Below, piece by piece: positions 49,376 through 59,818 of a stretch of DNA of 64,000 nucleotides. The translations under genes were made by a program, and so were the position numbers. The notes below the pieces were generated by a model that saw nothing but the letters and a program-made list of their open reading frames with translations, was not told where the DNA came from and did no database searches. The number at the start of each line of letters is the position of its first letter. The first letter of the stretch is position 1. The stretch spans positions 64,001 through 128,000 of the forward strand of contig JBFWJC010000003.1 in NCBI GenBank assembly GCA_050253415.1, written 5' to 3'. This stretch comes from Pedobacter sp. (GTDB taxonomy: Bacteria; Desulfobacterota; Desulfuromonadia; Desulfuromonadales; Syntrophotaleaceae).

Positions 49376-49603
49376 GGGTAATTTGGGGGACCAATCTTTT
49401 AGCCCTCGTTTTTCAGGCCCCCTGCGTTAGGAGGCTGTTGGTCTATCCATGAGCCGGCTGCTAATTCGACTTTTGAGAACGTATTCCAGCTCCTTTTCGG
49501 CTCATAAGTACAACAATGACCTTCAAATGAGCTAAAATCTGTTCTCTAGCATCCAGATTTTCGCTTCGGCCCGTATCGTCCGACACGACCTTGGGAGAAC
49601 ATC

Positions 49604-50542
49604 ATGTCCGTCAGGCCCAATATTCTTGTCATCGGTGGCAGCTATTTTGTCGGTCGTGTTTTCATTGAACAGCTTCTGGCCCTGAACCAGTACAACATCT
49701 ACGCACTGAACCGGGGTACCGTTCCCATGCGGTTGGAAGGTGTCACTCAGCTGCGTTGCGACCGCAACGATGGGGCGTCGCTTCGACAGGTGGTGCCCGA
49801 TGTACCCTGGCAGGCGGTGATCGACTTCTGCGCCTATACGCCGCAGGATATCGAAACCACCATGCAGGCTCTTTCCGGTCATCAGCTGGCTCAATATATT
49901 TATATCAGTACGGCAACGGTGTACGAACCCTCTTCCCGGCAGCCCATCGACGAATCGGGCGCCACTCTTTGCGCAAGCCAACCGCACCTGGGTCCGGCCG
50001 CAGACTATGGCTTCCAAAAACGGCTGGCTGAGCTGGCGGTGATCGAGCAGTGCGACCGGCGCGGTATCCCCTATACCATCGTGCGCCCGACCTTTATCTT
50101 TGGCAAATACAACTACGCGCCGCGCGAGAGCTATTTTTTCGAGCAGATTCTCAAGTACAATGCGGTGGTGATCCCCGATCATGACCCCCCCGCGCGATTC
50201 AGTTTTGTTTCGGTTTGGGACGTGGCGTTTATCGTCGCCGACTGCATTGCTAACCCGGCGGCTTACGGCGAGATCTTTAATGCCTCAGGGGATGAAGAGT
50301 TGTCCTACCCGGCGCTGGTTGCCTGCTTTAAAGAGGTGACCGGTATCGAATTTACCGTCAAAAAACTATCCATTGCCGAGATTGAAACACAGAGAATTCC
50401 TCTGCCTTTCCCCTTGGATGAGGATTTGCTGTATTCCGGTCGTCACAGCCAACAAGTATTGAACTACCGCTACATTCCATTTAAGAAGGCCATGCAGGAA
50501 ACCTATCGTCTCTACCGGTTGGGGCTCGGACTTGATGGATAG
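49604..50542 (+). CDS. NAD-dependent epimerase/dehydratase family protein
   Basis: GGSYFVG, YISTATVY, YGFQK, RPTFIFG. Confidence 0.85.
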   Translation: MSVRPNILVIGGSYFVGRVFIEQLLALNQYNIYALNRGTVPMRLEGVTQLRCDRNDGASLRQVVPDVPWQAVIDFCAYTPQDIETTMQALSGHQLAQYIYISTATVYEPSSRQPIDESGATLCASQPHLGPAADYGFQKRLAELAVIEQCDRRGIPYTIVRPTFIFGKYNYAPRESYFFEQILKYNAVVIPDHDPPARFSFVSVWDVAFIVADCIANPAAYGEIFNASGDEELSYPALVACFKEVTGIEFTVKKLSIAEIETQRIPLPFPLDEDLLYSGRHSQQVLNYRYIPFKKAMQETYRLYRLGLGLDG

Positions 50543-50834
50543 TGTCCGGAGGAAAAAAGGGGACATTGTATTTAAAATTGTCATAAGTCAGTAAGGTATG
50601 GTGGGCACCAAACCACTAATTTCGGCGAGGCGGGAACGAAAGGCTACTCATCAAAGATAAAAGATAAAGGGGATATGCTCTGCCATTTTTGCGATATATC
50701 CAAATAGGTATCTCCTGCTGCTATTCTCCTCCTTGACAAGGGTTTTTCTTTGCAGGATTATCCGGCTTCGCAGCACCCTGGATTTTACGAATATACCTTT
50801 TACGTCCTGGAAAGTATTCCGGCCGGAGGTATAT

Positions 50835-52157
50835 ATGATTTGGCAGCCAAGTGAGGAGAGCATGGGCATTTTTTCCCGATTCCATATCGTATTCATGTTC
50901 CTGTTGTACAGTGCTGTACCTACCTTGGCGGCTGTGCCGCCATCCTCGATCAACCTTAAAGTGGAGGCTTCCGCAGCCGATCTTGCCGCTATCATTAACC
51001 AGTCTCTTCCCAAACAGCTTTACACCGGTCAAGGAGCTCTGGGAACATCCGTCACGGTTCTTCGGGCGGGTCCGGTGGGCGTCACTGCGTCTGATAATTT
51101 TGTCTATCTCACGCTGCCTGTTCAGTTGACATTCAGCAATGCCGTATATGAGAGCTACCCGCTCCGGGCCGGACTGAGGTTTAAGGTCAAAGTGAATGTC
51201 ACTCCGGACTGGCGCCTCAAGACCGAACTTTACTATACCGGGTTATCGGATAATTTAGCCGACACCTTCAAGCTTGGGCCGCTGTCGTTGAAACCGAAAA
51301 GCATGGTCGATGATATCACTCAGCCCGTGCAAAAACTGCTTGCGCCGATCATCGACGCCAAAGTTAATGATGCGATCCAGCTTCGCGCAAGGATTGCTCC
51401 ATTGTGGCGAAATGCGTTTTCACCGACACTGGTCAGTAAAGAATACTGTACGTGGCTGAAGCTGACTCCGCAAAAAATTGTCATGAGTCCACTGCTGGCG
51501 GTAAACAATACGATACGGCTGTCCATGGGAGTCGTTACCGGTGCCGAAATAACTGTCGGGCCAAAGCCGGCCGCAGCACCCTTAAAGCCGTTACCTCCGG
51601 TACGGCAATATCCGGCTTTCGACAAAAGGTTTCATATTCAGCTTGCTTCCGACATCTTCATGGCCGACCTTGTGACCGCGCTGAACCCGGTGTTGCTCGA
51701 CAAGACCTTCGGTGAGGACAAAAAGATAACCATCAAAAGTTTCAACCTGAAGGGGGAAGACGGCCGTCTGGTTGTTAATTTGAACGCCTCCGGAGACTTC
51801 AAAGGTGAGTTAACGCTGTTTGCAAAGCCTGTCTACAATGCACTGAATAATTCGCTTACTTTTGAGAATGTCGATTTCGACACAAAGAACGCAGGGTGGT
51901 TGATAAGTGCCGGAAGTTGGCTATTCAGCAGTTCCATTCGTAGCGCTATCAAGACGAAGCTCGACAGTACTGTTGTCGAACAATTGGAGCAGGCTCGCCT
52001 TAAAGTGTCTTCGTTGCTGTCCTGCGTGCAGGTAGCTGAACATGTAAAATTGGCGGGTTCCGTCGAATCTTTGTCTCTTGGCGAAGCAACGGTGCTGAAT
52101 GATCGTTTATCGGTTCGTGTCATTGCCCGGGGCGAGTCGAACATCAGCCTGAAATGA
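50835..52157 (+). CDS. Exported protein, DUF4403-like
   Basis: Long ORF after a GGAGG RBS; signal-like N-terminus; beta-rich. Family assigned by resemblance only. Confidence 0.6.
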   Translation: MIWQPSEESMGIFSRFHIVFMFLLYSAVPTLAAVPPSSINLKVEASAADLAAIINQSLPKQLYTGQGALGTSVTVLRAGPVGVTASDNFVYLTLPVQLTFSNAVYESYPLRAGLRFKVKVNVTPDWRLKTELYYTGLSDNLADTFKLGPLSLKPKSMVDDITQPVQKLLAPIIDAKVNDAIQLRARIAPLWRNAFSPTLVSKEYCTWLKLTPQKIVMSPLLAVNNTIRLSMGVVTGAEITVGPKPAAAPLKPLPPVRQYPAFDKRFHIQLASDIFMADLVTALNPVLLDKTFGEDKKITIKSFNLKGEDGRLVVNLNASGDFKGELTLFAKPVYNALNNSLTFENVDFDTKNAGWLISAGSWLFSSSIRSAIKTKLDSTVVEQLEQARLKVSSLLSCVQVAEHVKLAGSVESLSLGEATVLNDRLSVRVIARGESNISLK

Positions 52158-52250
52158 CGCGGCCATAAAAACCTTGAATATTCGAATACTTGCTGCCGGG
52201 TTCCTTAACGGCAAACTCTTGCCTATCAATGAATTGAATAGGAATTCAAA

Positions 52251-52730
52251 GTGAAAAACCCCCACTTGGCTCTTAAGGTTATCGGAACTGTCCTGGTTGC
52301 TGCCGTCGCGGTTGGTACCGGAATATTTATCGTGCGGGAGTTGCCTGGCTACAAACAACATAAGACATCTGAAGTTGAATCAAAGCTGATAGAGTCGTTT
52401 GAGTTGGCTGCCGAACAAATTAACGGTCACGTTCCCAAATTGATCGATAACGATACGCTTCTTGATAAGGCCAGCGTCGGACCCGGGCCCCGTTTGACAT
52501 ATCACTACACGTTGCCGAATCGAAAATCCGGTGAAGTCGATGCAGATTTGATGCTGTCGATTCTGAAACCCGATGTAGTGACTAAGGTTTGCGGTAATGA
52601 AGATATGAAAACCACCCTTCAATATGGTGGGATCTATACCTATTCGTATTCAGGCAATGATAATGTCGCCATTTTAACCTTTGACATAGCCAACCAGGAC
52701 TGTGGACCAGAAAAGGTTACCCCTGAATAA
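52251..52730 (+). CDS. Hypothetical membrane-anchored protein
   Basis: N-terminal TM; P..ID..T.L...YHYTL...C...Y.YSY pattern is reminiscent of PA3611-like proteins. Confidence 0.6.
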   Translation: MKNPHLALKVIGTVLVAAVAVGTGIFIVRELPGYKQHKTSEVESKLIESFELAAEQINGHVPKLIDNDTLLDKASVGPGPRLTYHYTLPNRKSGEVDADLMLSILKPDVVTKVCGNEDMKTTLQYGGIYTYSYSGNDNVAILTFDIANQDCGPEKVTPE

Positions 52731-52877
52731 TGTAATGTTCTAATTTTTTGTTGTTCATGCCAAACTTACAGGGTGGATATGGAAAGCGGCTTGCCTCTGT
52801 TGCCTTGTTTCACTGTGGTATCGATGGAGGTTCCCGCATGCCATGTTCAGTCCGCTGGATAAATCAGGAATGCTGCC

Positions 52878-53657
52878 ATGGAACTCGATCTCTACCAGAT
52901 TGATGCCTTTGCTGAGAAAGTATTTGAAGGTAACCCCGCCGCCGTTTGTCCGTTGGAAGCGTGGTTGCCGGATCGCCTGATGCAGGCTATTGCCGCAGAA
53001 AACAACCTGTCCGAAACGGCTTTTTTCGTTAAAACCGGCTCCGGTTACCATATCCGCTGGTTTACTCCCTCAGCAGAAGTCGATCTGTGTGGGCATGCCA
53101 CACTGGCCTCTGCGTTTGTCTTGTTCCATTGTCTCCGCTATGATCGGGATGCCATTCATTTCGAATCGAAAAGCGGTCCCCTGGTCGTACGGCGCGACGG
53201 GGATCTGCTGGAAATGGACTTTCCGTCCCAACCACCGCAGACGTGTGAAGTTCCCGGTGCTATTTACAAGGCGTTTGGTGTCATGCCTGTTGCCTGCTTG
53301 AAATCCGAAGATTATCTGGTCATTCTTGAGGATGAGAAGGCTGTTGCAACGGCTGATCCCGATATGTCTATGCTGAAGGAACTCGATCTGCGGGGCGTCA
53401 TCATCACGGCCCGTTCCGATCGCTACGATTTTGTCGCCAGATTTTTTGCTCCCAGGGTAGGGGTCAACGAGGACCCGGTGACAGGGTCCGCCTATACCCA
53501 GTTGGTGCCTTATTGGGCCAAGATGCTGGGGAAAAACCGGTTCAAGGCCAGACAGATTTCACAGCGCGGTGGGGATGTGCACTGTTTCTTGTCTGGAGAT
53601 CGGGTAATAATTTCGGGCAAAGCCGTAAAATATATGGTTGGCCGCATTGACGTCTGA
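52878..53657 (+). CDS. PhzF-family isomerase
   Basis: DAF....GNPAAV, LSETAF, EVDLCGHATLA, EDPVTGSA. Confidence 0.93.
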   Translation: MELDLYQIDAFAEKVFEGNPAAVCPLEAWLPDRLMQAIAAENNLSETAFFVKTGSGYHIRWFTPSAEVDLCGHATLASAFVLFHCLRYDRDAIHFESKSGPLVVRRDGDLLEMDFPSQPPQTCEVPGAIYKAFGVMPVACLKSEDYLVILEDEKAVATADPDMSMLKELDLRGVIITARSDRYDFVARFFAPRVGVNEDPVTGSAYTQLVPYWAKMLGKNRFKARQISQRGGDVHCFLSGDRVIISGKAVKYMVGRIDV

Positions 53658-53774
53658 CGCAGGCCTGACCGCTTAGGCGTTGCATGGTTTCTGCATGGCG
53701 AGATGAATGATGACAGACGGGGTTGCCCATATCCATAAATGTATAGATGATCCGGAAAGGCCGGTAACTGAATT

Positions 53775-54689
53775 ATGTTTATTTCATTCATAATACCCAC
53801 ATATAACTACGGTCATTACATAACGAATTGCCTCGATTCCATTTTGGAGCAGGAGCGCAATGATTGTGAAATAATCGTGGTTGATGACGGTTCCACGGAT
53901 AATACGCGTAGCATTATTGGCGATTATGCCAGAAATCAGGCCGATGGCAGGATTCGGTACCTTTACCAGGTCAACAAGGGGCCTTCGGCAGCACGCAATG
54001 TCGGGGCAACTCAGGCCCGGGGGAAGTATGTGTGGTTTGTCGATTCAGACGATCGACTGGTTGCGGGGGCTCTGGACCATGTTCACGCAGCTATCGAAAC
54101 ATTTGGAAATCCGGCATTTATCTTTGGCAGCCATGTCTATGTCAACGAAAAGGGAAGGAAAACCACCCGTTTTGCGAGTGACATTGGCGTTGACAGGAAT
54201 GAAAATTTCACAAAATTTATTCGGAAGAAAGTTTCCGGTATTTCTATTGGTTCACTCATTGTTCGCCAGGATGTTTTTGGAACTCTTCGCTTTCCTGAAG
54301 GGATCCATAACAACGAAGATAATATCTTTTTCGGGCATCTGCTCGCCACCCGACAAGGGGGTTCGTGCCGCAGTATTCTTGTCGAAAAAATCGGCCATAA
54401 AGACAGCTTGCGCTACAATGACCATTCCATCAAAGAGACAGGATTGACTGTAGACAGGCTTTTTGATGATCGACTTCTCAATGAGAAGCAGATGTCCTTG
54501 AGAAATATTTATCTTTCAGATAATTATTACGCCCTTTTCCGTACCCGATACCGCAATAACGAATACAAGGAAGCACTTTTGTTTTATAGAAAATCGATTG
54601 TCGCAAACCCTTTTCAGGTGTTTAGCGTCCACCGATTTAAACAGGCAATTCGATGTTTTATAAAAGCTTTAGGAAGCAACCCTTCTTGA
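53775..54689 (+). CDS. Family 2 glycosyltransferase
   Basis: IIPTYN, VDDGSTD, NKGPSAARN, FVDSDD. Confidence 0.92.
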   Translation: MFISFIIPTYNYGHYITNCLDSILEQERNDCEIIVVDDGSTDNTRSIIGDYARNQADGRIRYLYQVNKGPSAARNVGATQARGKYVWFVDSDDRLVAGALDHVHAAIETFGNPAFIFGSHVYVNEKGRKTTRFASDIGVDRNENFTKFIRKKVSGISIGSLIVRQDVFGTLRFPEGIHNNEDNIFFGHLLATRQGGSCRSILVEKIGHKDSLRYNDHSIKETGLTVDRLFDDRLLNEKQMSLRNIYLSDNYYALFRTRYRNNEYKEALLFYRKSIVANPFQVFSVHRFKQAIRCFIKALGSNPS

Positions 54690-54716
54690 TAACGGTGAAT
54701 CTTTGAAGCCTCTTTA

Positions 54717-54997
54717 CCGGCAAATGGTCGGCATCGGGGTACGCTGCCAGGCGCGCTGCCCGAACCTCTACCGGAGCACTGAGGTAAAAAACGGCACCAT
54801 TGGCGCGCATGAAATCACGATTTGCCTCGACATCACCATCCCACCGCCCATGGCGATCACGGTTCAGGGTGCGGTCACGGTACGCAACGCTTCACTTCAC
54901 TTTCACGGCGGCGGAAGCCTTTCCAGCCTTCATTGATAACGACATCGGCGACGATAAGGCTGGTTGTTTCCAGCCTGTAAAGGTCCGTATCCACAAA
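54717..54997 (-). pseudogene. aroL: Shikimate kinase (AroL-like) pseudogene fragment
   Basis: Three segments in shifted frames: FVDTD..VADVV..EGWKGFRRRES / EALRTVTAP*TVIAMGGGMV / EANRDFMRANGAVFYLSAPVEVRAARL. Two frameshifts and one stop; Walker A is missing. Confidence 0.75.
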
Positions 54998-55026
54998 AGG
55001 GGCAAACCGCAGTTTGCCCCTTTTGT
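54993..55026. terminator. Bidirectional terminator
   Basis: ACAAAAGGGGCAAAC-CGCA-GTTTGCCCCTTTTGT. Confidence 0.75.
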
Positions 55027-55081
55027 ATGGATTTATCTTTGCCCTTAACCCGGACATGCCTCTCTTGCAAGAAGCAGCGAT

Positions 55082-56629
55082 CTAGTCAACCAGTCTGGCG
55101 CCGGTAACCGCGGCCTGTACTTTGCGCAGAGCTTTGGCGTCGGCCAGGGGACCTATGCCGGTGGCCATGCGCGAGGCTGCTTGCGGACCGATGTGATTGG
55201 GCACCCGCAGAGGAATTTTCCGATGGCGTCCGGCCGTGTCGGTGAGCAGGACGACAACATCGACATCGGTCACAGTTACCCCGGTGCTGTTGACCACCTC
55301 GATCAGCAGATAGTTGCTACGATCCAGGCCCAGACGAACGTTGAGATATTTTTGCGGATTGTCAGGCAAATCAAGACGCACCAACGAAGCTGCGGCTTCC
55401 TGTCCGGGTTGGGACTTGGATTCGGCGGCTGCGGCAAAATATTGCTTGGCTTTGGTGCGATCGCCCTGGGCCAAACTTGCCTTGCCAAGGGCGTTGAGGG
55501 CCGGAGCCGTCGGCAGCAGCTTGGTACTGTATTCCAGATCGGCCACGGCTTTATCGCGCTGACCGAGTTGCTGCAGCGCAAGGCCGCGTTGCAGGTAATA
55601 GTGGAAGTAGCCGTTGTTGCGTTCCAATGCGCGGTCGTAGTTGGTCACCGCATCCTGGTAGAGTCCCTTTTTGAACAGCACATCGCCGCGCAGGGCATGG
55701 AACAGAGCTTCTTTGGGCTCGGCGGCCAGGGCTTTTTCGGCCAGCATCAGGGCTTTGTCGGTCTGCCCGTCGGTCAGGGCCTTACGTCCTTCATCGTAGG
55801 CTGCGTATGCTTCCTTGTCTTTTAACAGGGGAGCGATCTTCTGTCTGTAACGCGCTGCGCCGATCTCTCCGCCCGGTGCAAAGGCGAGCGCAGTCTGACG
55901 GTTTGCCTCGACCCGCTCCATGGAGGGCGGATGGCTTGCAAACAGGCCGGACAACCAGTCGCTGTTGCGTCCTTCGGAAAGTCGGACAAAGGTTTCCTGC
56001 AGCGTGATGGCCGCCCGCGGGTCATAACCGGCCCGTGCCATGTATTGCATACCGTAATAGTCTGATTCCAGCTCGGCATCCCGGCCGTATTTCTGGGTGA
56101 CCAGCCCGGCGCCAACGGTAGCTCCGCCTACCGCCAACTGGGCGTACTCACTGTTTTGCGAGGCCAGGCCGACGGCCAACACCGCCCCCTGAAGCAACAT
56201 TCCCCGCTCCATCCCTTTGGCACCATGACGCGCTGCAGCATGTACGATTTCGTGGCCGAGTACCGCCGCCAGTTCCGCTTCGCTGTTGAGTTCGGTCAGC
56301 AGGCCGCGGTTGATGGCGATTTTGCCGCCCGGCAAAGCCCAGGCGTTGGGGGTGGAATCGTTGATGACGTTGAATTCGTAGGGCAGTTTGCGGTCACTGA
56401 CCGCTGCCAGGCGCTGCCCGACACTGGCAACATAGGCATCGATGCCCGGCTCGGTGGTGTAATCGCCGCCCTGCATCTGGCGACTGGGAACATACTGCTC
56501 TTGGCCGATGTTGATTTCAGTACTCTCCGGCACCAGGTTCAGTTCCGTTTTGCCCGTCACCGGGTTAACGGCACAGCCTGAGAGTGCAGCGGCGACCAGC
56601 AGCAGGCAAATCGTTAATGTTTTGCGCAT
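55082..56629 (-). CDS. M48 metalloprotease lipoprotein with TPR (BepA/YfgC-like)
   Basis: Lipobox LSGC, NAWALPGG, HEIVH, ELESD, SHPP, TPR repeats. Confidence 0.92.
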   Translation of the reverse strand: MRKTLTICLLLVAAALSGCAVNPVTGKTELNLVPESTEINIGQEQYVPSRQMQGGDYTTEPGIDAYVASVGQRLAAVSDRKLPYEFNVINDSTPNAWALPGGKIAINRGLLTELNSEAELAAVLGHEIVHAAARHGAKGMERGMLLQGAVLAVGLASQNSEYAQLAVGGATVGAGLVTQKYGRDAELESDYYGMQYMARAGYDPRAAITLQETFVRLSEGRNSDWLSGLFASHPPSMERVEANRQTALAFAPGGEIGAARYRQKIAPLLKDKEAYAAYDEGRKALTDGQTDKALMLAEKALAAEPKEALFHALRGDVLFKKGLYQDAVTNYDRALERNNGYFHYYLQRGLALQQLGQRDKAVADLEYSTKLLPTAPALNALGKASLAQGDRTKAKQYFAAAAESKSQPGQEAAASLVRLDLPDNPQKYLNVRLGLDRSNYLLIEVVNSTGVTVTDVDVVVLLTDTAGRHRKIPLRVPNHIGPQAASRMATGIGPLADAKALRKVQAAVTGARLVD

Positions 56630-56924
56630 GGTTTTACCTCGATGGAAAATGGCGGAGTAACACTTACGTTACGATACTTTTTTACCATAACATCTACTAA
56701 TCCTTGCGACAACTATCCTGACACAGGGGGCGGCGGTCGTTCTTACTCTTGTATTGAAATTGGACAATTCTGCCAGACGAAAGGCTCTCTGGTAAATATA
56801 CGGATCTCTATGACTGGATTGGTGGGGCACGGTTTCGATTTCATATTACCTCTGGTATGGTGGCAAAAATCCGTATTCAAATGGGTATATTCCAAGGGGG
56901 TGCCATTTTTTCGTGGTTTTAACG

Positions 56925-56961
56925 CAAAAAGCCTGACGGGTTTACCCGTCAGGCTTTTTTA
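56925..56961. terminator. Bidirectional terminator
   Basis: AAAAAGCCTGACGGG-TTTA-CCCGTCAGGCTTTTT. Confidence 0.75.
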
Positions 56962-57049
56962 ATTCATTTTGCTACTCTTGGTGGATTTTGGACTCTATGC
57001 GGAGCCTGACAGGTATTTCTGGATCAAAGTTAGACTGCTGTCATCGAAA

Positions 57050-57391
57050 TCAGGCCAAAGCCCCTTCAAAAACCATCTCTACGACTCCGCCCAGATCATT
57101 GTCGTTATAAAAGGGGATGTTGACGATGGTGAGAGTTCCTTCGGGTCCATCCATGGTTAGATGATTGGTCTTGATTTTTCTGTTTGCAAAGTCCTGGTAG
57201 ATGGTTTTCATCTTTTCCATGGTTTCCGGTTTATGGCAAGCCGCCATGTTTTTACCAACTTGCAACCCGGGAATCTCCAGTTCATCGAATAATTCATACG
57301 CTCTTTGATTGGCGTACGTTACATTGAAATCCGGATCGGATACGATGACAGCCGTGTTGAGGCTGTCCCAAAAATTGGTGTTGTTGCACAT
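57050..57391 (-). CDS. Stand-alone PAS-domain protein
   Basis: AVIVSD....YANQRA...VGKNMAACH...P......GVVE; start follows a GGAGG RBS. Confidence 0.75.
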   Translation of the reverse strand: MCNNTNFWDSLNTAVIVSDPDFNVTYANQRAYELFDELEIPGLQVGKNMAACHKPETMEKMKTIYQDFANRKIKTNHLTMDGPEGTLTIVNIPFYNDNDLGGVVEMVFEGALA

Positions 57392-57927
57392 GGTGACCCT
57401 CCTGAGAACGCATGAATAAAAGATAGTGTGCTGCAATGGCCCTTCATCGGCAACAAGTAGCCAGGTAATTTGCAAAGGTACTTACCGGACAGCACAGTTG
57501 TGAGATACAGTCGAAATACCGTCGTGGAATTTGCCTTCATGATATGTTTGGATGAAACGGTGTTCTACTGTCGTCTATAAGGTGGCGGAATGTCAACTCG
57601 ATATTTGGATGGGGGGCGGAATTATAGATTTCTTACAAGGTTGCAAGACGCGTTCAGGCCTCAATAACTGTCCCGACCTTTCCGAAAAGAACCGGTCGCC
57701 GAGTCTGGCCGAAGGGACGGTCCACGGAGTTTTCGCAGGGAACCGTCCATCGGATCTTCATGTTTTGCCCTCAATTCGAATTGCCAACAACCTGCTGTGG
57801 CTGTTTCAGGCGTTTTCGATGGATAGACATTCCAAGCCTACCAGAAAAGCATGGCATCCCCCTGCTTATTGTATCCATCGCCAATGGGGGAGGGCAGTTG
57901 GGTCTGGATGAGGTCCCACAGGCGTGT

Positions 57928-58755
57928 CTAAAAATAGCGGCGGGCGCCCAGGTATTTTTTGGTGGTGCCGGGGTGGGCCAGTTCGGCAATTTTGATTTCG
58001 TCATTGCGTTTGGGGGCGTGGACAAATTTGCCGTGGCCGATATAAATGCCGACATGGCTGACCTGATTGTTGTGACCGAAAAACACCAGGTCGCCATCGG
58101 TCAGTTCTTCCAGGGGGATATGCTGGCCGACTTTGAATTGTTCCGCCGAGGTTCGGGGGATATTGACTCCGCACAGGTAGTAGACCGATTTGACGAATGC
58201 GCTGCAATCCAGCCCTTCTACCACCGTATTGCCGCCCCATTTGTAGGGGATTCCGACGAACCGTTCTGCGGTTCTGGCGGCTATGTCACCCATTTCGGTG
58301 TCATGTTTCGATTTTTTGATCGGTTTGATTGGTGCGGCCGGGCTTTCGCTCGCAGAAACTACAGGCTCGGCGGCGGCCACGGGGGTAGCTGGCTCGACTG
58401 TAGAGGGAGTCAGGGGCTGGATATCCTTGGCGAGCGGTGATGCGATGTAATAAGAATCCACGAGTTTGGAAACGGCCAGGTCCTTGACGGCCATTTTAGC
58501 CTCTTTGCGGGTCGCATAGTTTCCGAACCGCACGGCAAACACGTTATTCTCCTTTTTAAAATAATAGGCTTCGATGCCTTTGTCCTGAAGTTTGGATGCA
58601 AGCCGTTCGGCATTGTCGACTTTGGAAAAAGCACCGACCTGCACGCTATACCCCAACTTGCTTATTTCGGCAACCGGCTGGGCCCAGGCCGGAGCGGAGA
58701 TGACGGCAAATGCAAATGCGCCTATAACCCATTTTTTCATCTGTTCGGTGAGCAT
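57928..58755 (-). CDS. SPOR-domain NlpC/P60 peptidoglycan hydrolase
   Basis: YSVQVGAFS (SPOR); PYKWGG, DCSAF, GDLVFF, HVGIY, FVHAP. Start uncertain. Confidence 0.9.
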   Translation of the reverse strand: MLTEQMKKWVIGAFAFAVISAPAWAQPVAEISKLGYSVQVGAFSKVDNAERLASKLQDKGIEAYYFKKENNVFAVRFGNYATRKEAKMAVKDLAVSKLVDSYYIASPLAKDIQPLTPSTVEPATPVAAAEPVVSASESPAAPIKPIKKSKHDTEMGDIAARTAERFVGIPYKWGGNTVVEGLDCSAFVKSVYYLCGVNIPRTSAEQFKVGQHIPLEELTDGDLVFFGHNNQVSHVGIYIGHGKFVHAPKRNDEIKIAELAHPGTTKKYLGARRYF

Positions 58756-59134
58756 TTTTAACCTCGGACGTAAAAGGCATCCGCCTGGAGTGCCGAAAAA
58801 TTTATGGCTGGACATATGATAGAGAGATGGCACGACGGGAATCCGTCGCGGTCATAATCAATAATGCATAATCGCATGCGAAGGCAACGAAAATCGCAAC
58901 GGTTGCTCCCGGAAAACTGAGGGGTAGGGGGATGTCGGACCAATAGGCTGAAATCCAACCTTTTTTAAGGATCATAGATGGCCGCCATGGTGTCCTGCCG
59001 GAGCCTTTGACATCCCTTAACCATGTTGCGAACGGTTACCGGAAAATTGCATCCAGAGTTGATCTGGACAGCGATTGGTGAGAGTATGTTCTGCGTATAC
59101 GCAACCTATACTCGTGAAGCCGGAGGACCAACCA

Positions 59135-59749
59135 ATGTGTGTTTCCAATAATATCAATCATACCTTGCAGCATATTGAACAGCGCCGCAGTATCCGTTCA
59201 TTTACGGATCAGCCGGTTTGCGAAGAAGACTTGATGGCAATTTTGCGTGCGGCCAACCATGCGCCATCTGCTCATAATCAGCAGTCCTGGCACTTTGTCG
59301 TTATTCGCGGGGAACGCAAGAAAGCTCTCGCCAGCCTGGTGAATGCCCGGGCCGGCGATTTCCCCAAGGCGGCGTCTGTGTTGTTGCGTATGGCAGCCAG
59401 GAGTATCAATTCCGCTCCGGTGGTGGTCGTGGTCGCCAATACCGGTACGTTGATCAATCATGGTACTGAACTGTTTCAGATCGAGCACAGCCAGTCTGTT
59501 GAATTTTTCCAGACCATGGAGATTCAAAGTTCCGCGGCGGCGATTCAAAATCTGCTCGTTGCAGCGACGTCACTCGGCCTGGCCACGGTATGGTTGGGGG
59601 TGCTGTTTCTCATCAAAGACGAGGTGTTGCGTTTTATGGGTGAGCAGGAGGGTGAGTTTATGGCGGTTATCCCAGTGGGCTATGCTGGCAAGGTTGGTAA
59701 AGCGCCGAAAAAGATCGCCTGTGAAATGATGGTGAAGTGGTTGGATTGA
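59135..59749 (+). CDS. Nitroreductase family protein
   Basis: RRSIRSF, APSAHNQQSW, AAIQNLLVAATSLGL. Confidence 0.9.
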   Translation: MCVSNNINHTLQHIEQRRSIRSFTDQPVCEEDLMAILRAANHAPSAHNQQSWHFVVIRGERKKALASLVNARAGDFPKAASVLLRMAARSINSAPVVVVVANTGTLINHGTELFQIEHSQSVEFFQTMEIQSSAAAIQNLLVAATSLGLATVWLGVLFLIKDEVLRFMGEQEGEFMAVIPVGYAGKVGKAPKKIACEMMVKWLD

Positions 59750-59818
59750 CCCGGGCTTTCATAGGCTCTTTACGAAATGAACTCTGCGAGGTCCCTCCCG
59801 TTCTGACGGGTGGGGTCT

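Noticed and set aside
57552..57911. 119-aa plus-strand ORF
   Set aside because: No RBS or motif recognised; probably spurious.
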